NCBI GenBank assembly: GCA_964450345.1 | Contig: CAYVEL010000002.1 | Coordinates: 1-61,597, forward strand | Direction: 5' to 3' | From: an uncultured Candidatus Saccharibacteria bacterium | GTDB lineage: Bacteria; Patescibacteriota; Minisyncoccia; Phycocordibacterales; PALSA-1337 | Length of the DNA stretch: 61,597 bases | Part shown: positions 1 through 6,699 of the stretch, piece after piece | Position numbering within the stretch: the stretch's first letter is position 1 | Layout: each line of letters begins with the position of its first letter | Made by a program: the position numbers and the translations under genes | Notes under the pieces: model-generated | What the model saw: only the letters and a program-made list of their open reading frames with translations | Told to the model about the DNA's origin: nothing | Database searches by the model: none

Positions 1-65
1 GATTCACAAAGTAGCCGAAATGTTACAGTGGTAAGGCCGGCACTTAGAGTTTCTTCTAAATTTAG

Positions 66-100
66 ACGCCCACTGCGAAAGCTTGGGCGTTTTAATTTTT
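66..100 (+). terminator. candidate intrinsic terminator hairpin
   Basis: Inverted repeat ACGCCCA (66-72) / TGGGCGT (84-90) followed by TTTAATTTTT. It would end a + strand unit entering from the left edge. Confidence 0.4.
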
Positions 101-109
101 GAAAAAATT

Positions 110-143
110 AAAATCGCTTACAAATTAATTCGTAAGCGATTTT
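110..143. terminator. bidirectional terminator-like hairpin
   Basis: Perfect 12-bp inverted repeat AAAATCGCTTAC (110-121) / GTAAGCGATTTT (132-143) with an A-run 5' and a T-run 3'. It lies just 3' of the minus-strand ORF 165-476. Confidence 0.5.
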
Positions 144-164
144 AATTAGATCATCATCCAAACT

Positions 165-476
165 CTAAGGAGTAGGGACAGCTGACTGAATATCTGTATT
201 TTCAACATTTTGATTTTCGTCTTGTGGTGGAACATTTCTATTACCGTTTAATCCCTGTCCTGATTGACCATCGGCTCTAAAATCCCTACCCTGATAATCT
301 CCTCCTCTACCCTGTCCTTTCATGCGTACTGTAAAATCTCCATCTCTATCTCCGATATAAGGACGTGAAAATCCGAAACCACCGAAAGCTATAGATACTA
401 ATAAAATAACGAATAAAGCGATTGTTGAATAAAACAAAGCAATACTATATTTCTGGGAAAATTCTTTTATTTTCAT
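165..476 (-). CDS. hypothetical small membrane-anchored protein
   Basis: 103-aa ORF with one N-terminal hydrophobic helix (IALFYSTIALFVILLVSIAFGG) and a Gly/Arg/Asp/Gln-rich tail. No family recognised. Confidence 0.4.
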   Translation of the reverse strand: MKIKEFSQKYSIALFYSTIALFVILLVSIAFGGFGFSRPYIGDRDGDFTVRMKGQGRGGDYQGRDFRADGQSGQGLNGNRNVPPQDENQNVENTDIQSAVPTP

Positions 477-605
477 ATTTTTAATTTTAATTTAATAATT
501 ATCTTCAAACTTAATACAACTGATATCTGAAATATCTTTCATATTATTGACATACTGTATAAATAATGTCATTATCATAAAAAACAAACCACGGAGGAGG
601 TTTAT

Positions 606-1154
606 ATGTCCCTTACCAAAAAAGAAGAAATTATATTAATTTTAGCAAAATCGCCAGTCCCTCTTAAGGGTCGGTTCGGACCACGCCAAATTCAAGATTG
701 GTTTTGCTCTCTATATTTAGGCGTATTACTCTCTAAAGAAAATCCCAATTCCAAAATTCTAATAACCAGCAAGTTTGAAACCCCAGATGGTGGCAAGGAG
801 ATAAATGCCTATGAAGAAACCTTGAAAAAAGATTTCGGAATTACTAATGCAATCCTGCTTCAGGAAGGTTCAGAAACTGTCGGGCAATTGGTTGCGGGTT
901 TAGAATACGCCACAAAAAATGATGCTAGCCTGATGATAGTATCTACCCTGTTACACGCCCCAAGAGTTGTGTATCTTTGTTGGAAAGATAAAATAAAAGC
1001 TGATATAAGTATTTCTTTCTTTGGTCTACCTAGGCCAAAAGAAGCTACCACGGATATCATCCTAACTTTTATCTTCCCTATTATTGATTTACTTGGGAAA
1101 AGAGCTTGGTTTTTAGAGAAACTATCCAACCGGAGAAATTCGGGTAAGCTTTAA
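606..1154 (+). CDS. DUF218 (YdcF/SanA/ElyC-like) domain protein
   Basis: 182 aa. GITNAILLQEGSETVGQ and LMIVSTLLHAPRV resemble the DUF218 pattern (GVP..I..E..S.nT.eN and ilVTs.yHm.Ra). AGGAGG lies upstream of the ATG and a terminator follows. Confidence 0.55.
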   Translation: MSLTKKEEIILILAKSPVPLKGRFGPRQIQDWFCSLYLGVLLSKENPNSKILITSKFETPDGGKEINAYEETLKKDFGITNAILLQEGSETVGQLVAGLEYATKNDASLMIVSTLLHAPRVVYLCWKDKIKADISISFFGLPRPKEATTDIILTFIFPIIDLLGKRAWFLEKLSNRRNSGKL

Positions 1155-1161
1155 TTAATTC

Positions 1162-1194
1162 AGGGGCCGCAGTTTTCTGCGGCCCCTTTTATTT
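1162..1194 (+). terminator. intrinsic terminator
   Basis: AGGGGCCGCAG-TTTT-CTGCGGCCCCT stem-loop followed by a TTTTATTT tract, 8 nt after the stop at 1154. Confidence 0.7.
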
Positions 1195-1247
1195 ATTAAA
1201 ATTAAAGAGTCCTTGTAAAAAACCACTTTCGTAATAGAATAATCAAC

Positions 1248-2333
1248 ATGAACACATTTCCCACTTCGTGGAAAATACATACTGATGTTCCTACAATCTG
1301 GGAGACCCTAATAAAAGCATGTGAGGATGCTAAGTATTCTATTGATATAGAACAATATATTTTTATAGATGACATCATAGGAAATAGATTTTTAGAAGTA
1401 CTATCTCGTAAAGCTAGCGAAGGAGTGAAAGTCCGCCTACTCTGTGACACGGCCGGTAGTTTCCCATTCTATGGTTCTACTATGATATTCGGTCTAGAAA
1501 AAGCAGGAGTCGAGGTAGTATTTTTTAATACATTCGTACCTGTAATATTCCGAAGTCATTTCACATGGTGGTTTTTTAGAGATCATAGAAAATTAGCAAT
1601 AATCGATGGATTAGTTGCCTTTACAGGATCATTTAGTATTTGGGATGTAACTAAAAATTGGCGTGATACCGCAATAGAAATAAAAGGAGAAGTGGTCGAA
1701 GAGATGCAAGAATCTTTTAATGCAATGTGGAATCGTGCCTTTCGTAAACCCGTACCAGAATTTCCTAAAAATTTAAGCATTGGTGAAGAAGGTTTTAATT
1801 TCGTATCCAATACTCCTCGCCCACATCAGAGAGAGCTCTATTATAGAATAGTAGAAGCAATAAGAGGTGCTAAGTCTCATATTTACATAACTGTTCCGTA
1901 TTTTACTCCAGACAGAAGAATTGTTCGTATTTTAAAATTAGCAAAAAAGAGAGGCGTCGATGTTAGAATAATTCTTCCAGAAAAATGTGATAGCACACTA
2001 CTTCAAATAGCAGCAATGAGTCATTTCGATGATTTATTAAAAGCGGGTATTAAAATATATATCTACAAACCAAGTTTTATCCATTCAAAATCAATTATCG
2101 TAGACAGTCATTGGGCAACTGTTGGAAGCTTAAACCTAGACAATATTAGTCTTGTTTATAATTTCGAAGCTAATTTAATATCAACCGACAAAAAGTTCGT
2201 AAATGACATTTCTGAAATATTTATAAAAGATCTAGAAAAATCGGAGGAGATTAAATTATCGTCATGGAAAGAGCGTGATTTTGATAACAAAGTACTAGAG
2301 TGGTTAATAAAATTCATAAGAAAGTTTCTGTAA
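1248..2333 (+). CDS. phospholipase D / cardiolipin synthase-like protein (two HKD motifs)
   Basis: 361 aa with two HxKxxxxD motifs: HRKLAIIDG, and HSKSIIVDSHWATVGSLNLD (the second includes the GSxN part). No N-terminal TM helices. Confidence 0.8.
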   Translation: MNTFPTSWKIHTDVPTIWETLIKACEDAKYSIDIEQYIFIDDIIGNRFLEVLSRKASEGVKVRLLCDTAGSFPFYGSTMIFGLEKAGVEVVFFNTFVPVIFRSHFTWWFFRDHRKLAIIDGLVAFTGSFSIWDVTKNWRDTAIEIKGEVVEEMQESFNAMWNRAFRKPVPEFPKNLSIGEEGFNFVSNTPRPHQRELYYRIVEAIRGAKSHIYITVPYFTPDRRIVRILKLAKKRGVDVRIILPEKCDSTLLQIAAMSHFDDLLKAGIKIYIYKPSFIHSKSIIVDSHWATVGSLNLDNISLVYNFEANLISTDKKFVNDISEIFIKDLEKSEEIKLSSWKERDFDNKVLEWLIKFIRKFL

Positions 2334-2366
2334 AAATAGTTTAAAAAAATTAAAGGAAAAATAAAA

Positions 2367-2393
2367 GCGCCCGACTCTCAGAGAGTCGGGCGC
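2367..2393 (-). terminator. GC-rich hairpin terminator of ORF 2421-3080
   Basis: GCGCCCGACTCTC / GAGAGTCGGGCGC inverted repeat. On the minus strand it is followed by a T-rich run (complement of 2352-2366). Confidence 0.55.
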
Positions 2394-2420
2394 AATAATC
2401 CTATTTAAAGAACAACTAGT

Positions 2421-3080
2421 TTACCCAAAACGAAAAACAATGTTTTTACCATCATCAACCCCACCACGCAAACAACCGTTCCGGTGATTTAATTGCTGAT
2501 GTTTACCATTCTTCCCGCCTTGTAATGAATGTCTTGCTGACGCAGTTTTCATGTCGCAGACAGTTCGAAAATTTCGCAAAGAGCCCCTGACACTAACATT
2601 CTCCAAAAGAGCCCCTAAATCAAAAAGGCACGCCTGAAGCTCGATTTGCCCGGTCTTCTTAAAGTAAGAGACAAACTCTAGCGAGAAGACATTCTCAAAT
2701 CGATTGAAAAAGAGCTTACCGAAAGCAATACGAATTTCTTCATCACTAATCAGATGCTCGTGCTCAACCGGTTCCTTAATCAAGTTGCCAAAATTTTCGA
2801 TCACGAACGCTTCGGACAAATTAAGATGCCCAGCAGTAGTAATGTAGTTAACCTTTAAGCTTTTCTTCATCCGATGGAAAGCAATATGCAACCGACTGGG
2901 GTTGTCAAAAAAGAATCTCATCGTTTGTTCGGAAATGTTTGCGGGAAGGTTCAGAGTAAACACAGTTCTGAACCATTGGAACAATTTATCGTCATTTGGA
3001 CAGGATGTTTTTGGTCTTTTGAACACACCCCTGCCCCGAACAGAACGACCACCGCCTGCCGAATTTTTAATAGATAACAT
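2421..3080 (-). CDS. hypothetical protein, GC-rich orphan (basic Arg/Gly-rich N-terminus)
   Basis: 219-aa ORF. GAGGG lies 5 nt upstream of the ATG. Line 2581-2640 has 30/60 GC, against AT-rich flanks. N-terminus is GGGRSVRGRGVFKRPK. No family recognised. Confidence 0.5.
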   Translation of the reverse strand: MLSIKNSAGGGRSVRGRGVFKRPKTSCPNDDKLFQWFRTVFTLNLPANISEQTMRFFFDNPSRLHIAFHRMKKSLKVNYITTAGHLNLSEAFVIENFGNLIKEPVEHEHLISDEEIRIAFGKLFFNRFENVFSLEFVSYFKKTGQIELQACLFDLGALLENVSVRGSLRNFRTVCDMKTASARHSLQGGKNGKHQQLNHRNGCLRGGVDDGKNIVFRFG

Positions 3081-3264
3081 TTTTGCCCTCTACTTTCGTT
3101 TTTTGTTTTAAGTTTCTGTTTTTGTTTTAATCCACCTACACCAAGTAAAATACCGGTAAAAATAGTTAAAACACCGTTGATTACAATACTACTATAATAA
3201 TATTAGTCAATGGCCATAATACCTATAAATGAGTCGTCGCCGTAAAAACTTCACCAGTAAGGTT

Positions 3265-3325
3265 ATTCTGGTTTAACTCTTGAAATAAAACAATCTGTGT
3301 GCTATGATAACAGCCTAACCAGAAT
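3265..3325 (+). promoter_or_regulatory. candidate structured 5' leader of infC-rpmI-rplT
   Basis: 9-bp inverted repeat ATTCTGGTT (3265-3273) / AACCAGAAT (3317-3325) enclosing 43 nt, 30 nt upstream of the infC start. The position matches L20-type autoregulatory leaders known in other phyla. Confidence 0.25.
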
Positions 3326-3355
3326 CTAATTTAAAGGTAGATTTAGTTTAAAAAA

Positions 3356-3871
3356 TTGAGTAAAGACAACAAAATTAGAATAAATCATCAGATTCGTGCA
3401 TCCGAACTAAGGGTTATTGGGCCCGAAGGTGAGAATTTCGGGGTTATTTCCCTCTCCGAAGCTTTAAGAAGAGCAGGTGAAGCCTCTCTAGATCTTATAG
3501 AAATCTCCCCTACAGCTAATCCCCCGGTTGCAAAAATCATGGATTATGGTAAATTCCAGTACACTGAGAACAAGAAAGAAAAGGCCTCAAAAGCCAAGAG
3601 TAAGACTACAGAAATAAAGAGTATTCAGGTAAAGATTGGTACAGGTGACCACGATTTAGAACTTAAAGCCAAGAAAGCCAGCGAATGGCTCTCTGAAGGA
3701 CATAGAGTTAAAGTTGACCTTTTCGTAAGTGGAAGATCCAAAGGCATGGGCATGGAATTCCTCAAAGAAAGATTGGATAGAATTTTTAAGTTAATCAGCG
3801 TTAATTACAAAATAGCTGATGCACCTAAAAAAGGTCCAAAGGGTCTAACATCAATAATAGAGAAAGCATAA
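3356..3871 (+). CDS. infC: translation initiation factor IF-3
   Basis: 171 aa: INHQIRASELRVIGPEGENFGV...VAKIMDYGKFQY. infC-rpmI-rplT synteny. The start codon is TTG (3356-3358), and an in-frame TAG at 3344-3346 forbids a longer ORF. Confidence 0.9.
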   Translation: MSKDNKIRINHQIRASELRVIGPEGENFGVISLSEALRRAGEASLDLIEISPTANPPVAKIMDYGKFQYTENKKEKASKAKSKTTEIKSIQVKIGTGDHDLELKAKKASEWLSEGHRVKVDLFVSGRSKGMGMEFLKERLDRIFKLISVNYKIADAPKKGPKGLTSIIEKA

Positions 3872-4059
3872 TGAAAACAAATAAATCATTCACAAAGAGA
3901 TTAAAGTTCACAAAGAATGGCAAGGTTATCGCAAGAAAACCTGGTCAGAACCACTTTAATAACAGAGATAGCGCAAAGGCTGGTATCAATAAGAAAAGAT
4001 CAGCTCCGTTCACTATTTCAGCAAAGACAGCTAGCAGATTTTACGTAAACGCTAGATAA
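3871..4059 (+). CDS. rpmI: 50S ribosomal protein L35
   Basis: 62 aa, basic (KRLKFTKNGKVIARKPGQNH). Its ATG overlaps the infC stop (TAATG). Canonical position. Confidence 0.9.
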   Translation: MKTNKSFTKRLKFTKNGKVIARKPGQNHFNNRDSAKAGINKKRSAPFTISAKTASRFYVNAR

Positions 4060-4086
4060 ATTTTAAATAAATTAATATAGAATAAC

Positions 4087-4431
4087 ATGGCAAGAGTAAA
4101 GAAAGGATTAAATGCTTTAAAGACAAGAAGAAATATACTTAGACAGGCTAAGGGTTTCAGATTTGGAAGAAGCAACAAAGAAAGAATGGCACATGATGCA
4201 TTAATGCATGCCGGTGCTTATGCTTTCGCTCACAGAAGAGATAAGAAGGGTGATATGAGAAGATTATGGAACGTTAAGATCAATGCTGGTCTTCGTCCAT
4301 TAGGAAAGACTTACAGTAAATTCATCGGTGCTCTAAAGAAACAGAACATCGAAATCGACAGAAAGATTATGGCAGACCTAGCAGAAAACAATCCAGAATC
4401 ATTCACACGTTTCGTCTCACAAGTTAAATAA
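4087..4431 (+). CDS. rplT: 50S ribosomal protein L20
   Basis: 114 aa: MARVKKGLNALKTRRNILRQAKGFRFGRSN. Canonical position after rpmI. Confidence 0.95.
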   Translation: MARVKKGLNALKTRRNILRQAKGFRFGRSNKERMAHDALMHAGAYAFAHRRDKKGDMRRLWNVKINAGLRPLGKTYSKFIGALKKQNIEIDRKIMADLAENNPESFTRFVSQVK

Positions 4432-4462
4432 ATTAAACAGGAGTAGAATAGGATAGAATAAT

Positions 4463-4510
4463 AAAACCGCCTTTTTAGAGACTTACAATCGTCTCAAAAA
4501 AGGCGGTTTT
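4463..4510 (+). repeat. two-tier hairpin, family copy 1 (invariant apical 19-mer at 4477-4495)
   Basis: Basal stem AAAACCGCCTTTTT / AAAAAGGCGGTTTT around AGAGACTTACAATCGTCTC. It lies between the convergent rplT and the beta-CASP gene and is terminator-like in both directions. Confidence 0.8.
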
Positions 4511-4511
4511 A

Positions 4512-5879
4512 TTATTCTAGATTATATTCTACTCCCCATTCTGGGTACTTCGCCTTACCACTTCCTAAACTATCATTTATTCTTTGAGTTAAGAATAGAG
4601 ATGCCTTAGGCTCACCCATCACCACGAAAGCACATTTTAAAGCAGACGAGCTCTTCTCTACGAAATCCAAAAGATGATCAGAGTCTTTATGAGCTGAATA
4701 GCCAGGAATATTCTCTATCTTAGCTCTAATAGGAACTTCACGTCCGCTAATAGTTATTTTTTTATGTCCCTCCAAAATATTTCTACCAGTAGAGCCAAGT
4801 GACTGATAACCTACGAAAAGAATAGTATTCTTAGGATCCGGCAGAAGTTCCATCTCGTGACGAATAATTCTTCCTCCTACAGACATACCTGAACCTGCGA
4901 TAATAATCTTTGGTGAAGGTTTATTCTCTATACCCTTAGACTCTAAAGTATCGTCTGTATATTGAAGTCTAGGGAAAGCGAATATATCATCTCCACCCTT
5001 AATCTTAATCTGAGTAGCATCATTAAAATCTTCGATGTAATTTCTATAGACTTCAGTAATTTTAATAGCTAAAGGTGAATCTACGAAAACTGGAATAGGT
5101 CTGATATCCCCCCTCTCTACGAAATCATTTATTTCAGAAAGTAATACCTGCGTTCTCTCTAGAGAAAAAGACGGGATAAGTAGAGTTCCCCCACGATTTA
5201 TATTATCCTTAATAACTTCGAGTAATTTCTGACTTCTAAGTTCTTTAGGCTCATGATTACGATCACCATAAACACTTTCCATTACAATATAATTAGTACC
5301 GTCAATGTATTCTGTATCCTTTAGTAGAGTAGATGGTGAATTACCTAAGTCACCGGTAAATGTAATAGTCTTATCACCTACAGTAAACATCATCATAGAA
5401 GAACCTAGGATATGTCCTGAATCTTTTAGATACAGAGAAAAGTCTCCGAAATCAGTTTTAGTATGATAGTGAATAGTATTCCACATTGAGAAAGCCTTAT
5501 TAATGTCATTCTCATCATATAGAATAGGCCTGCCCGTATTCTCTGCTTCCCTTTTTAAGAGTCCTACAGCATCATTTAATATATGAAAAGCTAATTCTTT
5601 TGTTTCAGGATTAGAATAAATCTTTCCATTAAAACCATCTCTAACTAATTTAGGTATTTTACCAACATGATCTAAATGAGCATGAGTAACGAATAAATAA
5701 TCCATTTCACTTGGATTGTATGGAAAAGGACTCCAGTTTAGTTTTTCTGAATCTTTATCACCCTGTAATAGACCGCAATCTACAAGCGCCTTTATTTCCC
5801 CACCGCTACTCTTAGGAATTTTAAGAAGGAAGTTCGCACCCGTAACCTTACCGACACCACCGTAAAAAGTGACTTTCAT
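4512..5879 (-). CDS. MBL-fold beta-CASP ribonuclease (RNase J/CPSF-like)
   Basis: 455 aa. HxHxDH motif THAHLDHVG. N-terminus is KVTFYGGVGKVTGANFLL...VDCGLLQG. Length and C-terminal SAHKD motif are typical of beta-CASP RNA-metabolising hydrolases. Confidence 0.75.
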   Translation of the reverse strand: MKVTFYGGVGKVTGANFLLKIPKSSGGEIKALVDCGLLQGDKDSEKLNWSPFPYNPSEMDYLFVTHAHLDHVGKIPKLVRDGFNGKIYSNPETKELAFHILNDAVGLLKREAENTGRPILYDENDINKAFSMWNTIHYHTKTDFGDFSLYLKDSGHILGSSMMMFTVGDKTITFTGDLGNSPSTLLKDTEYIDGTNYIVMESVYGDRNHEPKELRSQKLLEVIKDNINRGGTLLIPSFSLERTQVLLSEINDFVERGDIRPIPVFVDSPLAIKITEVYRNYIEDFNDATQIKIKGGDDIFAFPRLQYTDDTLESKGIENKPSPKIIIAGSGMSVGGRIIRHEMELLPDPKNTILFVGYQSLGSTGRNILEGHKKITISGREVPIRAKIENIPGYSAHKDSDHLLDFVEKSSSALKCAFVVMGEPKASLFLTQRINDSLGSGKAKYPEWGVEYNLE

Positions 5880-5912
5880 TTTATACTAAAAATTACCTAA
5901 CAAATTAGTAAA

Positions 5913-6365
5913 TTACTTAACTAAATCTTTATGTTTAAAACCAGGAGCTTTAAACAGAACAAGAGCAATACCAGCAACAATCGAACCTATTAAATCCATA
6001 CAAATATCATGAACCGTGTCTATCGTATATGAAGAAAAACCAGAATAAGATATATCGAAAGCAAATTCAAAATATTCCCAAAGTAAACCAACAATCATAG
6101 TAAGAAAAATCATCAATCCAAGCATTACAGCTGGAGGTAATTTATGACCCTTCTTCTGGAATCCCATATAAAACCACCAAGTAGTATAACCAACAACAAA
6201 ACCAGCTAAAAAGTGAAGCAATGTATCTGTATATCTATAATAAAAATACCATTGATTTTGAATTGCCATAAAGTGCATTACAGCAATAAAACAAAGAACT
6301 AAGAAACCTGGGAAAAAGCTTTTTAAACTCATGTATGAATTATACCAAAATAAAAGATAAGACAA
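5913..6365 (-). CDS. VanZ-like integral membrane protein
   Basis: 150 aa with 4 predicted TM helices. DTLLHFLAGFVVGY and DICMDLIGSIVAG resemble VanZ-family motifs. An alternative start is M12 (6332). Confidence 0.45.
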   Translation of the reverse strand: MSYLLFWYNSYMSLKSFFPGFLVLCFIAVMHFMAIQNQWYFYYRYTDTLLHFLAGFVVGYTTWWFYMGFQKKGHKLPPAVMLGLMIFLTMIVGLLWEYFEFAFDISYSGFSSYTIDTVHDICMDLIGSIVAGIALVLFKAPGFKHKDLVK

Positions 6366-6391
6366 AACTAAAACACTCTAACAATGAACAA

Positions 6392-6566
6392 AAAAGAGAA
6401 AACCGCTCACAAGTGAGCGGTTTTCTATACGGATAGCAATATACAAGACCTAGTAATACTAGGTGGGTTATCTCAAGATCAAGTCCACGGACCGATCTAA
6501 TTCGAACGATTAAACGTTCTTCGACATCCCGTTTTAAAATTTATAGGGTTTGTATATTACTACCCT
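6392..6566 (-). ncRNA. candidate structured RNA (cis-leader of the VanZ-like gene, or an independent sRNA) ending in an intrinsic terminator
   Basis: A 16-bp closing helix 6431-6446 / 6550-6565 has two positions that are G-U on the minus strand but A-C on the plus strand. Internal hairpins lie at 6450-6464 and about 6479-6501. A terminator CCGCTCA-loop-TGAGCGG plus T-run (6399-6424) reads on the minus strand. No ORF is present. Confidence 0.45.
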
Positions 6567-6572
6567 ATTAAA

Positions 6573-6602
6573 ATTATACTCCTGAACTAACTTTATCGTC
6601 TA
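6573..6602 (-). promoter_or_regulatory. weak candidate promoter for the 6392-6566 RNA (TAGACG-18-TATAAT)
   Basis: On the minus strand, TATAAT is the complement of 6573-6578 and the -35-like TAGACG is the complement of 6597-6602. The predicted TSS falls just before the closing helix. Confidence 0.3.
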
Positions 6603-6699
6603 GATTTACATTATATGTAATGTCTTCTGAAATATATTATATTAATCAAACACATAAAAATGATAATGTAAAAATGTTATAATCTATTAAATACAAAAA

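Noticed and set aside
2874-3111. Plus-strand ORFs 2874-3077 and 2902-3111.
   Set aside because: They lie opposite the 5' part of ORF 2421-3080, have no start signals and are short.
4477-4495. Paired GAGAC/GTCTC (BsmBI/Esp3I) sites in the repeat core, which resemble a Golden-Gate cloning stuffer or vector artefact.
   Set aside because: The four copies have different native-looking basal stems. They sit in intergenic spacers of a syntenic ribosomal cluster with no vector-like sequence around them. A natural palindromic element is far more likely.
6485-6512. GTTCGAATT on the minus strand, resembling a tRNA/tmRNA T-loop.
   Set aside because: The flanks do not form a 5-bp T-stem. No acceptor, D or anticodon arms or CCA-proximal structure could be drawn, so it is not a tRNA or tmRNA.
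6392-6566. Identification of the structured RNA as SRP (4.5S) RNA or 6S RNA.
   Set aside because: The conserved SRP domain-IV motifs (GGAA-type tetraloop flanked by symmetric or asymmetric A-rich loops, AGCA) are not present. The size and shape do not fit the 6S central bubble. The identity is left open.
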